This document shows positions 8,612 through 17,237 of a stretch of DNA of 64,000 bases, in pieces. Positions within the stretch are counted from its first letter, which is position 1; each line of letters opens with the position of its first letter. The position numbers were made by a program, and so were the translations under genes. The notes under the pieces are model-generated. The model was given only the letters and a program-made list of their open reading frames with translations. It was not told the DNA's origin and did no database searches. The DNA lies in contig JACPMX010000016.1 in assembly GCA_016185755.1 (NCBI GenBank), positions 985 to 64,984 of the forward strand, given 5' to 3'. The stretch comes from Candidatus Woesearchaeota archaeon. Its GTDB lineage: Archaea > Nanobdellota > Nanobdellia > Woesearchaeales > GW2011-AR4.

Positions 8612-9490
8612 ATGGCAAAAAAAATAGACTTGCAGTCCCACACTACAGCTTCAGACGGCGAACTGGCTCCCGAAGAGCTGGTTGACCTGGCAATAGAAAA
8701 AGGGCTGAGCGCAATCGCAATAACAGACCACGATTCCGTGGCATCGCTGAAGGCTGCAATTGAGCATTCCAAAGGCAAAAATATTGAAATAGTTACAGGC
8801 GTAGAATTAAGCTGCGACGATCCCATACTAAATTACGACAAAATAGACGTGCTAGGCCTTTTTATAGACCCAAAAAACAAAAAGCTGATGGAATCAATTA
8901 AAAAAATAAACAGGAAAAGGGATGATAACAAAAAGAGGATAATAGGGAAATTAAAAAGCCTCGGCTACGAAATTGAGTATGAAGAAGTCAAAAAAACAGC
9001 CAAAGGGACTTTCGGCAGGCCCCATATTGCAAAATACCTGCTGAAAAAATACCCCTCGGAATTCAGCTCTGTTGCCGACGTTTTCGACAAGCTGATAGGC
9101 ACAGGCAAAAAAGCATTTGTGGGGACCCATGACAGGGTTTCCATCAAGGATGCCGTAAAGACAATAAAAGGCGCTGGCGGCATTTCCATACTGGCTCATC
9201 CGGGAATATACACCAAGGAAGATTCAATCAGGATTATTGATTATTTTATTGACAAAGGAGGCGAGGGAATTGAGACATATTATCCCTACCACATCATATG
9301 CCCGGAGCTTAATGTTGATAAAGAAGGCAATGAAAAAATAATAGGCTTCTACAAAAAAATCGCAAAATCAAAAAGAATACTTGAAAGCGGCGGCAACGAC
9401 CACCACGGCAATTACAGGTTTACTTTGGGAGCTGTTGAAATCCCATACGAAGTTTTGGAAAACCTTAGGAACAGGAAACCTGCCCTGTAG
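8612..9490 (+). CDS. PHP-domain metal-dependent phosphoesterase (TrpH/YciV-like)
   Basis: KIDLQSHTTASDGELAPEELV...AIAITDHDSV is the canonical PHP N-terminal His/Asp motif. Further His-rich motifs (ILAHPG, GGNDHHG) follow. Confidence 0.75.
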   Translation: MAKKIDLQSHTTASDGELAPEELVDLAIEKGLSAIAITDHDSVASLKAAIEHSKGKNIEIVTGVELSCDDPILNYDKIDVLGLFIDPKNKKLMESIKKINRKRDDNKKRIIGKLKSLGYEIEYEEVKKTAKGTFGRPHIAKYLLKKYPSEFSSVADVFDKLIGTGKKAFVGTHDRVSIKDAVKTIKGAGGISILAHPGIYTKEDSIRIIDYFIDKGGEGIETYYPYHIICPELNVDKEGNEKIIGFYKKIAKSKRILESGGNDHHGNYRFTLGAVEIPYEVLENLRNRKPAL

Positions 9491-9499
9491 GCAAACAAA

Positions 9500-10036
9500 A
9501 TGGCAAAATCAGCATGGACTATCTGGTTTGTAGGGCTGCACGGCTCTGGAAAATCAACCATATCAAAAAAAACAGCTGAGATTCTGAGGAAAAAAAACGT
9601 GCCTGTAGTAATTCTTGACGGCGATGAATTAAGGGAAGCAATATCATCCGACCTGGGCTACAGCATAGAAGACAGGGACGAGCACATGAAAAGGACAGCA
9701 GACTTGTGCCGCATAATTTCAGGAAACGGAATACTCTGCATAGCATGCGTTGCATCCCCAACTGAAAAATCCAGGGAATACGCCAAAAAAATGCTCGGAA
9801 AAATAATCATAGTCTATGCCAAATGCCCCCTTGAAGTATGCGAAAAAAGGGATGTCAAGGGGCATTACAGGAAGGCAAGGAACAAAGAAAAGGGATTTGA
9901 AGATTTTTTAGGAATATCCTTGCCTTTCGAAGAGCCAAAGAATGCAGATATAATCCTCAACACTGATAAGGAAAGCGCTGAAGATTCTGTGAGCAGGCTT
10001 CTTAAAAAATTGGCGGAAATGAAGGCAATTGAATGA
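9500..10036 (+). CDS. cysC: Adenylylsulfate (APS) kinase
   Basis: P-loop GLHGSGKST, LDGDELR (CysC LDGDNVR), and KCPLEVCEKRDVKGHYRKAR (CysC CPLEVCEARDPKGLYKKAR). 178 aa. Confidence 0.85.
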   Translation: MAKSAWTIWFVGLHGSGKSTISKKTAEILRKKNVPVVILDGDELREAISSDLGYSIEDRDEHMKRTADLCRIISGNGILCIACVASPTEKSREYAKKMLGKIIIVYAKCPLEVCEKRDVKGHYRKARNKEKGFEDFLGISLPFEEPKNADIILNTDKESAEDSVSRLLKKLAEMKAIE

Positions 10037-10075
10037 CAATTTCAAAGCAGCTTATAAGCAGCCCGCAATATTCAT

Positions 10076-11068
10076 TTAAACTATCCTTGCTTTCCTTAAA
10101 ATATCCTTGATCTGGCTGATGTTTAGGTAACTGGCGTTTTTTGAATTGCTGTCCATATCAGCTTTCCGTTTTTTTGCCATATCAGAAACAGAAGGATGCC
10201 TTATTACATACATATTTCCCATGTCCTCTGAATAAACTGATTCCTCCTGCGTCATTAAAGACTCGTGCATCTTTTCGCCGAATCTGGCCCCGATAAACCT
10301 GAGCTTTATATCTTTAGGCTCATGGCCGTGCTTAGGGGCAAGCTCTTCTATCATGGCATGTGCAAGATCAATGACTTTCAATGCACTCATCTTGAGCACG
10401 AATATCTCCCCGCTCCTGGTGACTTCGGCGGCCTTCAAGACCAAGCTTATCGCATCAGACTTTGTCATGAAGTAACGGCTCATCTCTTTGTCAGTTATGG
10501 TCAACGGGCCCCCATTTTCAATCTGCTTCCTGAATATCGGTATGACAGAACCAACCGAATCCAGCACATTTCCGAACCTTACGCAGCAGAATTTAGTATC
10601 TGCATTGCTTATTGCAGTGTCTATTATCACCTTTTCGCTAAGCAGCTTTGTGGCCCCCATTGTATTGATTGGGTTAACCGCCTTGTCTGTGGAGATTCCT
10701 ATAAACTTTTCAACATTGTTGTCTATGGAAGCTGAAATCAAATTTTCAGTTCCAACGATATTGGTGCTTACAGCTTCAAAAGGGTTGTACTCGCATAAAG
10801 AAACATGCTTCAGGGCTGCAGCGTGGAATATGATATGAGCCCCCTTTACTGCCCTTTGGACCCTGTTCCTGTCCCTGATGTCACCTATAAGCAGCCTTAT
10901 CCTGTCAGTTGCCAGCTCCTGCCCCAGATGGAACAGGTTTGACTCATTATTGTCAAAAACCCTGATTTTCTCCGGATTATACTTCAGCAACTGCTTTACT
11001 ATCTCGCTGCCGATTGAGCCGCACCCGCCTGTCACCAGTATATCTTTTCCTTCAAAGACGCCTTTCAT
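10076..11068 (-). CDS. UDP-GlcNAc 4,6-dehydratase (CapD/PseB/LegB family polysaccharide biosynthesis protein)
   Basis: ILVTGGCGSIGSEI Rossmann motif, extended SDR. Gene order with DegT, acetyltransferase, NeuC, NeuB, NeuA. Confidence 0.85.
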   Translation of the reverse strand: MKGVFEGKDILVTGGCGSIGSEIVKQLLKYNPEKIRVFDNNESNLFHLGQELATDRIRLLIGDIRDRNRVQRAVKGAHIIFHAAALKHVSLCEYNPFEAVSTNIVGTENLISASIDNNVEKFIGISTDKAVNPINTMGATKLLSEKVIIDTAISNADTKFCCVRFGNVLDSVGSVIPIFRKQIENGGPLTITDKEMSRYFMTKSDAISLVLKAAEVTRSGEIFVLKMSALKVIDLAHAMIEELAPKHGHEPKDIKLRFIGARFGEKMHESLMTQEESVYSEDMGNMYVIRHPSVSDMAKKRKADMDSNSKNASYLNISQIKDILRKARIV

Positions 11069-12174
11069 TTTAACCTCCTTAGGATTTTTTTGAGAGAATT
11101 TACAACTGTATGCATATCTTTTTCCTTAATCTGCTCGTAAAAAGGCAAGATCATTATCGTCCTGCTCAGCTTTTCAGCCACCGGAAAATCACCTTCTTTG
11201 CAGCCAAGACTTTCCCTGTAAAACGGCTGCAGGTGAATGCAGGGATGAAAATACGCCTTGCTCTGTATCCCCATGGCGTTCAATTCGCTTATGGCCCTGT
11301 CCCTTATCTTTTCGCTTACCATTACAGGAAAAACAAACCATGAATGCTCATTGCCTTTTCTGATTTTTGGCAGCGTTACGCCATCGATTCCCTTTAATTC
11401 ATCAAGATAGGCATTTGCAAGCTCCTTTCTTTTTTTAATAAAGCCCGGCAATTTTTCAAGCTGCTCTACCCCAATGGCGGCATTTATCTCGTCCATCCTG
11501 TAATTATAGCCAATCCGCTGGTGGGTAAGCCACTGCATGTTATCCGATCTTCCCTGATTCCTGTAGCTTTTGCACAGTGCGCTTGTTTTTTCATAGTTTG
11601 TAACAATCATGCCTCCTTCAGCTGTTGTCATCTGCTTGTTTGGGTAGAATGCAAAAACTCCCGCATCCCCCATTGTTCCGGTATTTTTTCCCTTATAGGT
11701 AGCCAGTATGCTTTCGCATGCATCCTCTACGACTTTCAGCTTGTTTTCCCTTGCTGCCTTTAGTATAGGATCCATATCGCAGCTTTGGCCGAAGACATGC
11801 ACCGGCAAAATGAACCTTGTCTTTGCATTTATTTTTTCCTTTATCAAATCAGGATTAATGTTAAAAGTGTCCTCTTCCACATCGACAAAAACAGGCTTTG
11901 CATTCTCAAACAAGGCGCAGTTTGCAGAGGCAACAAAAGAAAAAGGAGTTGTTATCACCTCATCTCCGGGATTTATGCCCAAAGACTTTAATGCCAGGTG
12001 CAGCCCTGAAGTGCCTGAGTTGACAGCAATGGCATATTTTGACCCCATAAGCCTGGAGAATTTTTCCTCAAATTCTTCCAATTTAGGGCCTAAGCTCAAT
12101 ATTCCTGATTTCAGCACTTTTACTACTGAATTGATCTCTTCTTTTCCTATTGTCGGCCTTGATAATGGTATCAT
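11065..12174 (-). CDS. DegT/DnrJ/EryC1-type PLP-dependent sugar aminotransferase (PseC/LegC-like)
   Basis: Full-length match to the family: VNSGTSGLHLAL, ...PVHVFGQ..D.D, and the FYPNKQMTTAEGGMIVT lysine region. Confidence 0.85.
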   Translation of the reverse strand: MIPLSRPTIGKEEINSVVKVLKSGILSLGPKLEEFEEKFSRLMGSKYAIAVNSGTSGLHLALKSLGINPGDEVITTPFSFVASANCALFENAKPVFVDVEEDTFNINPDLIKEKINAKTRFILPVHVFGQSCDMDPILKAARENKLKVVEDACESILATYKGKNTGTMGDAGVFAFYPNKQMTTAEGGMIVTNYEKTSALCKSYRNQGRSDNMQWLTHQRIGYNYRMDEINAAIGVEQLEKLPGFIKKRKELANAYLDELKGIDGVTLPKIRKGNEHSWFVFPVMVSEKIRDRAISELNAMGIQSKAYFHPCIHLQPFYRESLGCKEGDFPVAEKLSRTIMILPFYEQIKEKDMHTVVNSLKKILRRLK

Positions 12175-12184
12175 TTTAGTGTTT

Positions 12185-12589
12185 TCAATTTTTTATTTTC
12201 TTCACAACTTTAGCCGGGATGCCATAAGCAACAACATTATCCTGGATGTCCCTGTTGACAAACGAAAAAGCCCCTATAACTGAATTTTTCCCTATCGAAA
12301 CCCCGGGCATTATGACAGAATGGCTGCCTATTTTACAGTTTTCCTTTAATGTCACCATTCCTTTCTTGCCGTCTATTGTGCTTATGCTGTATATCGAGCA
12401 GTGGCTTCCTACCTGCACACCATCCTGTATTTCCACGCCGTGCTTCGCGTTTATGTATGTAAATGCGCCTATATCAGTTTTCCTGCCCAGTTTCAGGCCG
12501 CCTTTATTCCGGACCAGCCAGCTGTATTTTGTCATTTTTCCTTCCCTGATTTCCGGGAATTTCCAGCCCTTAAACCTTTCTTCTTCCAT
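12185..12589 (-). CDS. Hexapeptide-repeat (left-handed beta-helix) N-acetyltransferase (PseH/LegH-like)
   Basis: Repeating [LIV]G.... hexads (IGSHSVIMPGVSIGKNSVIGAFSFV). Start set at the internal Met to avoid overlap with the upstream gene, so the start is uncertain. Confidence 0.65.
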   Translation of the reverse strand: MEEERFKGWKFPEIREGKMTKYSWLVRNKGGLKLGRKTDIGAFTYINAKHGVEIQDGVQVGSHCSIYSISTIDGKKGMVTLKENCKIGSHSVIMPGVSIGKNSVIGAFSFVNRDIQDNVVAYGIPAKVVKKIKN

Positions 12590-12593
12590 TTTT

Positions 12594-13733
12594 CTAGTAT
12601 GATATCCTCTTCTGCAGGAGCTTCTCATCAATTTTTATGCTTTTTAGGCATTCAAGCACCTTCTGGAAAGTATCTCCGCTGCCGAAAGGATTCTTCAGGC
12701 TTTTTATTCTCTTCTGAAAACCTTTTGATAAAGCGAGCTTTATGGATTTTTTAATATCTTCCTTCTGATATCCGCAGTCAATGACATTTCCTGCCCTTTC
12801 CCTTCCTTTTTGCCTTGAGCCTATATTGACGGCAGGAAGCCTGAAATATGGGGCCTCTATTATTGCGCTGCTGGAGTTCCCAACAATTACATCAGCAAAG
12901 CCCATAATGCCTATGAATTCTACGTAATCCAGATTTTTCCTTATCCTGAAGCCCGGATTTGAGGCAAATTCGCCAATGGCCTTTATAATTCCACTGTTTC
13001 CGGGGTCTGCATTAGGATAAACAACAAGGCACTGGGCGTCAATTTCAGCTACCGCCTTTAGCGTGTTGAGTATTTGGCTGTATGAGCTGTTTTCCTCGAG
13101 CGTTACAGGATGCTGCAAAACCAGCACAAGAGGCTTTTCATTGCTTAATTCAAATTTTTTGTATAATTCTCTTTTTGAAATCTTTTTCATCTCCCTTATG
13201 TTGCTTACGGAAGGGGAACCGACAACACGTATCCTAAAAGAATCTTCCCCCATTTTTTTTATCCTTTCTGCAGATTTTTCCGTGGCGCAGAAATGCAGAT
13301 GGCTCAGCTTTGTTATTGCATGCCTTGCCGCCTCGTCAACGGTCGAGGTCACTTCGCCGCCATGGAAATGGGCAACAGGTATGGAAAGGTAAGAGCCTGC
13401 AATAGCCCCTCCTAAGGCCTCTATCCTGTCGCCTATGACAAAAATAAAGTCCGGCTTTATCTCGCTAAGTTTTTTTGTCAATTTTTCTATAAAATTACCC
13501 AAAAAAAACAGCATAGATGCCTTGTTGTCTTTCTCGAAAACAGAATTTATCTCTACTGTGCCCAATCCGCTTTTTTTGACCTCATCTATGCTATGGCCGA
13601 ATTTTTCCATCATATGCATGCCTGTTGCAATTACAGTTATCTTAAAGCCTTTAGCCTTATCCAATTTTTTCAGCAGTCCCGACATTATCCCGAAATCCGC
13701 CCTTGTTCCCGATATATAAACAATTTTTTTCAT
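12594..13733 (-). CDS. neuC: UDP-N-acetylglucosamine 2-epimerase, hydrolysing type (NeuC/LegG-like)
   Basis: MKKIVYISGTRADFGIM...HGGE..S..DE..RHAITKLSHLHF is characteristic of the NeuC/WecB epimerase fold. Sits immediately upstream of NeuB. Confidence 0.75.
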   Translation of the reverse strand: MKKIVYISGTRADFGIMSGLLKKLDKAKGFKITVIATGMHMMEKFGHSIDEVKKSGLGTVEINSVFEKDNKASMLFFLGNFIEKLTKKLSEIKPDFIFVIGDRIEALGGAIAGSYLSIPVAHFHGGEVTSTVDEAARHAITKLSHLHFCATEKSAERIKKMGEDSFRIRVVGSPSVSNIREMKKISKRELYKKFELSNEKPLVLVLQHPVTLEENSSYSQILNTLKAVAEIDAQCLVVYPNADPGNSGIIKAIGEFASNPGFRIRKNLDYVEFIGIMGFADVIVGNSSSAIIEAPYFRLPAVNIGSRQKGRERAGNVIDCGYQKEDIKKSIKLALSKGFQKRIKSLKNPFGSGDTFQKVLECLKSIKIDEKLLQKRISY

Positions 13734-14800
13734 TCTATCTTTTCCAAACTTAATAATTCATCTTTCATAATTTGGGCATTCGCTTTTTTCCCTATTATCG
13801 AGTAGATATCTTTAGGCTTCAATCCAATTCCAGGCCTTTTTATTGCAAGATTTCCAAAGCTTAGTTTCTCGCCTTTTGCTATGTTCCTTGCAGCTACTAT
13901 GCTTTTTCTTGCTACTTTGGCATTTTCTATTTCGCTTTTTGTTGGCTTTTTTTCAGCACTCCCCAAAACTCCCCCATCAAGCTTGATTTTCTCATAATCC
14001 TTGTTTTTTATTGCTGTTATCATTTCTTTTAATTCATCAGGCTCCAAAGAAGCTTTGTGGTCAGGCCCTTCCATGCCCCTGTCAAGGGTAAAATGCTTCT
14101 CTATCAGGACCGCGCCTAGCTTAACAGCCATCTGCGGAACATCAATCCCGAGCGTGTGGTCAGAATAGCCCACCAGGCTATCTAATTCCTTCTGCATGGT
14201 CTGCATGGCCCTTAAGTTCACTTCATTTTTTGGGCATGGGTAACTGGTTGTGCAATGCAGCATGATAACTTCCCTGTTGCCTGCTTCATATATTTCACTC
14301 AATGCCTCTTTTACCTCTTCCAAGGTAGACATCCCTGTCCCCAAAATCATGGGCTTGAGCTTTTTTGCAGCCTTTTTCAAAAAAGGGATATTGGTAAGGT
14401 CTCCGGAGCCTATTTTGAATGCAGGCATCATCTTGTCCAAAAAATCTATTGCATCATTTGTATGGGGGGTCGATAAAAAGATAATATCTTTCTCATCACA
14501 ATATTTTTTTAATGCTTTGAAATTGTTGTAATCCAATTCTAATCTCTTCAGCATCTGCAACTGAGTTTCACCTCCTCCAATATTCTCTTCCTGGTATTTC
14601 GCCATTGGAGTTTTTTCAGCAATCAAATCCTCTGATTTAAAAGTCTGGAACTTTACAGCATCAGCTCCCGCATCTTTTGCTGCATCCACAAGCTTTTTTG
14701 CCAATTCCAAAGAGCCGTTGTGGTTCACTCCCGCTTCCGCTATTATGAAGCAAGGCTCATTTTCCCCGATTCCTCTGCCCCCTATGTTTATCCGCATCAT
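13730..14800 (-). CDS. neuB: N-acylneuraminate (nonulosonic acid) synthase, NeuB/LegI/PseI family, with C-terminal SAF domain
   Basis: CFIIAEAGVNHNGSLELAKKLVDAAKDAGADAVKFQTF is the NeuB signature. The antifreeze-like C-terminus is present. Confidence 0.85.
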   Translation of the reverse strand: MMRINIGGRGIGENEPCFIIAEAGVNHNGSLELAKKLVDAAKDAGADAVKFQTFKSEDLIAEKTPMAKYQEENIGGGETQLQMLKRLELDYNNFKALKKYCDEKDIIFLSTPHTNDAIDFLDKMMPAFKIGSGDLTNIPFLKKAAKKLKPMILGTGMSTLEEVKEALSEIYEAGNREVIMLHCTTSYPCPKNEVNLRAMQTMQKELDSLVGYSDHTLGIDVPQMAVKLGAVLIEKHFTLDRGMEGPDHKASLEPDELKEMITAIKNKDYEKIKLDGGVLGSAEKKPTKSEIENAKVARKSIVAARNIAKGEKLSFGNLAIKRPGIGLKPKDIYSIIGKKANAQIMKDELLSLEKIE

Positions 14801-15510
14801 TTGTGCCGCTGAATTATATTCCTGTTTATTTCCATCAGCTTGGGATTCTCAAGAAGAAGTTTAATGATGCTTTTCAGCGGAAAGATATTTTTATCGCCTA
14901 AGCTGTCAAAAATCCTCCTTACAAGCTCCAAATCCTCGCTGAAATCCACGGTCAGCCTTATTTCCGGATGCCTTAACTCTTCTTCAACCTCCAGGTCTAT
15001 CTTTTTCAGGCTGGACTCCCTTTCAAATAGGTTCCCCCATATTTCCGTGTCTTTCTCTTTTTTGGTTTCTATAATTTTCTTAAGAGCATCAATCTTGATT
15101 CCATAGGAAAAAGCGCCCAGCGGAAGATTTTTGCAGGTTATAAAATCAGCATCGGATTCCCTGAAACTGGTGATTATCCTGTCAATATAAGCAGGATCAA
15201 CCAGGGGGTTGTCTGCAGTAACGCTGACTATATGGCTTGCCTTGTATTTTTTTGCTGCATTGAACAGCCTGTCGAGCACGTCATCCTCGCTGCCCCTGAA
15301 CCATTTTATGCCCTCTTTCTCGGCAACATCTATCAATACATCATCCTGGGGATTTGTTGATGTGCAGAGGATTATCCCATCGGCATTTTTTGACAGCTTC
15401 AGCCTGTCTATCTGGTGCTCTATCATAGGCCTTCCTTTTATGTACCTCAGCACTTTTAACGGGAGCCTTTCCGATTTCATCCTTACTGTTATGGTTATTG
15501 CCGCTTTCAT
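14797..15510 (-). CDS. neuA: CMP-nonulosonic acid synthetase (acylneuraminate cytidylyltransferase, NeuA/LegF/PseF)
   Basis: ITVRMKSERLPLKVL...PMIEHQIDRL matches the CMP-sugar cytidylyltransferase N-terminus (GT-A-like nucleotidyltransferase). Confidence 0.8.
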   Translation of the reverse strand: MKAAITITVRMKSERLPLKVLRYIKGRPMIEHQIDRLKLSKNADGIILCTSTNPQDDVLIDVAEKEGIKWFRGSEDDVLDRLFNAAKKYKASHIVSVTADNPLVDPAYIDRIITSFRESDADFITCKNLPLGAFSYGIKIDALKKIIETKKEKDTEIWGNLFERESSLKKIDLEVEEELRHPEIRLTVDFSEDLELVRRIFDSLGDKNIFPLKSIIKLLLENPKLMEINRNIIQRHK

Positions 15511-16547
15511 TTTTCCACATTCCTCCAGCTTATAAGCGAATATTTCTTAATAGGCTCTTTTGCCTTTTTGCCGATTAAGCTAAAGAATTCCCTCTGCTCT
15601 ATGGTATTTTCCTTTTTTGTTCTCCTGAAAGCCAGGTCTTTTTTTCCTATGGAGCTTCCTTTTTTTATGTCACCTGCAGCGACTATTGTAAACTTCATCG
15701 GACCTTTCCTCGCGTATATGTTCTCGTAATCGCTGATTTCAAATGAGCCGTCGCCTTTGGCCTTGTTTAGAATACCCATCTTGCCCCTTATTTCCCTCAG
15801 GCTTTCTGCAGACACCGCAGCGTCGTAATCAGTTCTTTTTTTCCCTGCTTCCAGGGCAACGTGCTTTTCAATTATATTCGGACCTGCCATGAATCCGGCC
15901 AGTGTCATCAGTTCATTGTTTTTGTCGTCCCAGGCAGTATGGTCTGCGTATCCCACAGGAAGACCGAATTTTTCCTTGATTTTTTGCATCCTTCTGAAAT
16001 TTATATATTCATATCTCGTGGGGTAGTTCTGGAAACCGTGCATGAGAAGAATGTCTTTCCTGTCCAGGAATTTAACAGCGAATTCTATGTCTTTGATACC
16101 TGAGCCGCCAATGCCAAGAATTATCGGAACCTTTATGCCTTTCACCCTTTCAAGCATTTCTATGTTGTTCAAGGCCACAGCATGAATTTCAACAGCATCG
16201 ACCAAATCAACATTCTCCTTTACAAAATCAATAGAGTACAGGTCATCAGCCAAGACTATATTGTCAAAACCGGAGCTTTTTGCCTTTTCCAATATCATGA
16301 TCCACTGGCTTTTTGAAAACATGGATTTTTTGATTATGCTGTAAGCGGGATGGTCTTTTGTGAAATAAGAGTCTATGTCGATCATTATGTGGAATTTTAC
16401 CCCATCGCAGCTTTTTTTTGATGCAAGACTGTGGATCAGCCTGTTCATGTAGGAAAAGTTCCCCTCGTGTATATATGCGGTTTCCCCAATTATGTAAGGA
16501 CAGTTCTCATCTTCCATTGCTTCCTTGAACCTGCTTTTTTTTGCCAT
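15507..16547 (-). CDS. Second, divergent NeuB-family (sialic-acid-synthase-like) paralog with SAF domain
   Basis: PYIIGETAYIHEG... parallels NeuB IIAEAGVNHNG. HGFQNYPT and a C-terminal SAF-like segment are present. It is more divergent than 13730..14800. Confidence 0.55.
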   Translation of the reverse strand: MAKKSRFKEAMEDENCPYIIGETAYIHEGNFSYMNRLIHSLASKKSCDGVKFHIMIDIDSYFTKDHPAYSIIKKSMFSKSQWIMILEKAKSSGFDNIVLADDLYSIDFVKENVDLVDAVEIHAVALNNIEMLERVKGIKVPIILGIGGSGIKDIEFAVKFLDRKDILLMHGFQNYPTRYEYINFRRMQKIKEKFGLPVGYADHTAWDDKNNELMTLAGFMAGPNIIEKHVALEAGKKRTDYDAAVSAESLREIRGKMGILNKAKGDGSFEISDYENIYARKGPMKFTIVAAGDIKKGSSIGKKDLAFRRTKKENTIEQREFFSLIGKKAKEPIKKYSLISWRNVEK

Positions 16548-17027
16548 TTATTTATGCCCCATGACCTTGAGCATGTCATAATCCTCAAACTTGTAAACGC
16601 ATGTTGTCAGCGACTCAGACCAGTCGTTTATTATTTTGCTGAATTTGTTCCGGATCGCCCGCGTTATATTCCCAAGGTCCATGCCGTCCCTGGCAATCAC
16701 TACAATGGAAAAGTCCCATTCACCGGAAACAGACATTACTTCAGCTACATTTGGGTGCCCCTTAAGATAGTCTATGAACTCCCTTATGTCGCTATCAGAG
16801 TAATTGTGCGCCTTAATCTTAATGTCAACTATGTTGTTAAACCCAAAATTCCTCGGCCTCAGCTGTATCTTCGGGAAAAAAATATTGTTTTCCTTCATCT
16901 TGATTATCCTCTTTTTAGTCGAATCCACGGACAACTTGACTTTTTTTGCAATGCCTGTCAGGGATTTCCTGCAGTCTGCCTGCAGCATGTTAAGAATAAT
17001 GCAGTCCTTTTCATCAAGCTTTATCAT
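16548..17027 (-). CDS. Lrp/AsnC-family transcriptional regulator
   Basis: LDEKDCIILNMLQADCRKSLTGIAKKVKLSVDSTKKRIIKMKENNI is HTH_AsnC, followed by a C-terminal RAM domain. 159 aa. Confidence 0.8.
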   Translation of the reverse strand: MIKLDEKDCIILNMLQADCRKSLTGIAKKVKLSVDSTKKRIIKMKENNIFFPKIQLRPRNFGFNNIVDIKIKAHNYSDSDIREFIDYLKGHPNVAEVMSVSGEWDFSIVVIARDGMDLGNITRAIRNKFSKIINDWSESLTTCVYKFEDYDMLKVMGHK

Positions 17028-17237
17028 TCTTCTTAAAAATACGATTTTATTTATAAATATTTCTATTTTTTAAGATATATATTTAAATATAGCTTAAAAT
17101 TTAAGCTAATACATGGCAATCTCCTGCGGAAATTAAGACATTATGTGAATTATGAATAACGCGCCCTTCGCAGCCCAGGAGCCATTTTAAAGCGCATAAG
17201 ATTTTTAAACTCACATCCAATTCTTGGCTTCATAAAA
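17028..17237. promoter_or_regulatory. Divergent AT-rich promoter region between the Lrp/AsnC gene and the wbuZ-like operon. It contains TTTATTTATAAATAT, TATA-like.
   Basis: 210-bp intergenic region with several TATA-like AT tracts, flanked by divergently oriented gene strings. Confidence 0.3.

Noticed and set aside
8186-8826. ORFs 8186..8392 (-), 8391..8603 (+), 8551..8826 (-) around the HIT-like/PHP junction
   Set aside because: They overlap better-supported genes in alternative frames or strands. 8391..8603 is an alternative frame inside the HIT-like gene.
10265-12283. Multiple 70-190-aa plus-strand ORFs (10265..10735, 10488..10838, 11708..12283 and others) overlapping the minus-strand dehydratase and aminotransferase genes
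   Set aside because: They are antisense to strongly conserved coding sequence, have no recognisable motifs and show Ser/Leu/Phe-rich shadow-ORF composition.
17100-17200. Possible small RNA in the Lrp/wbuZ intergenic region (GC-richer patch gcgcccttcgcagcccaggagccattttaaagcgc)
   Set aside because: Only a weak imperfect stem. No terminator or conserved structure is evident. More simply explained as a promoter/operator region.
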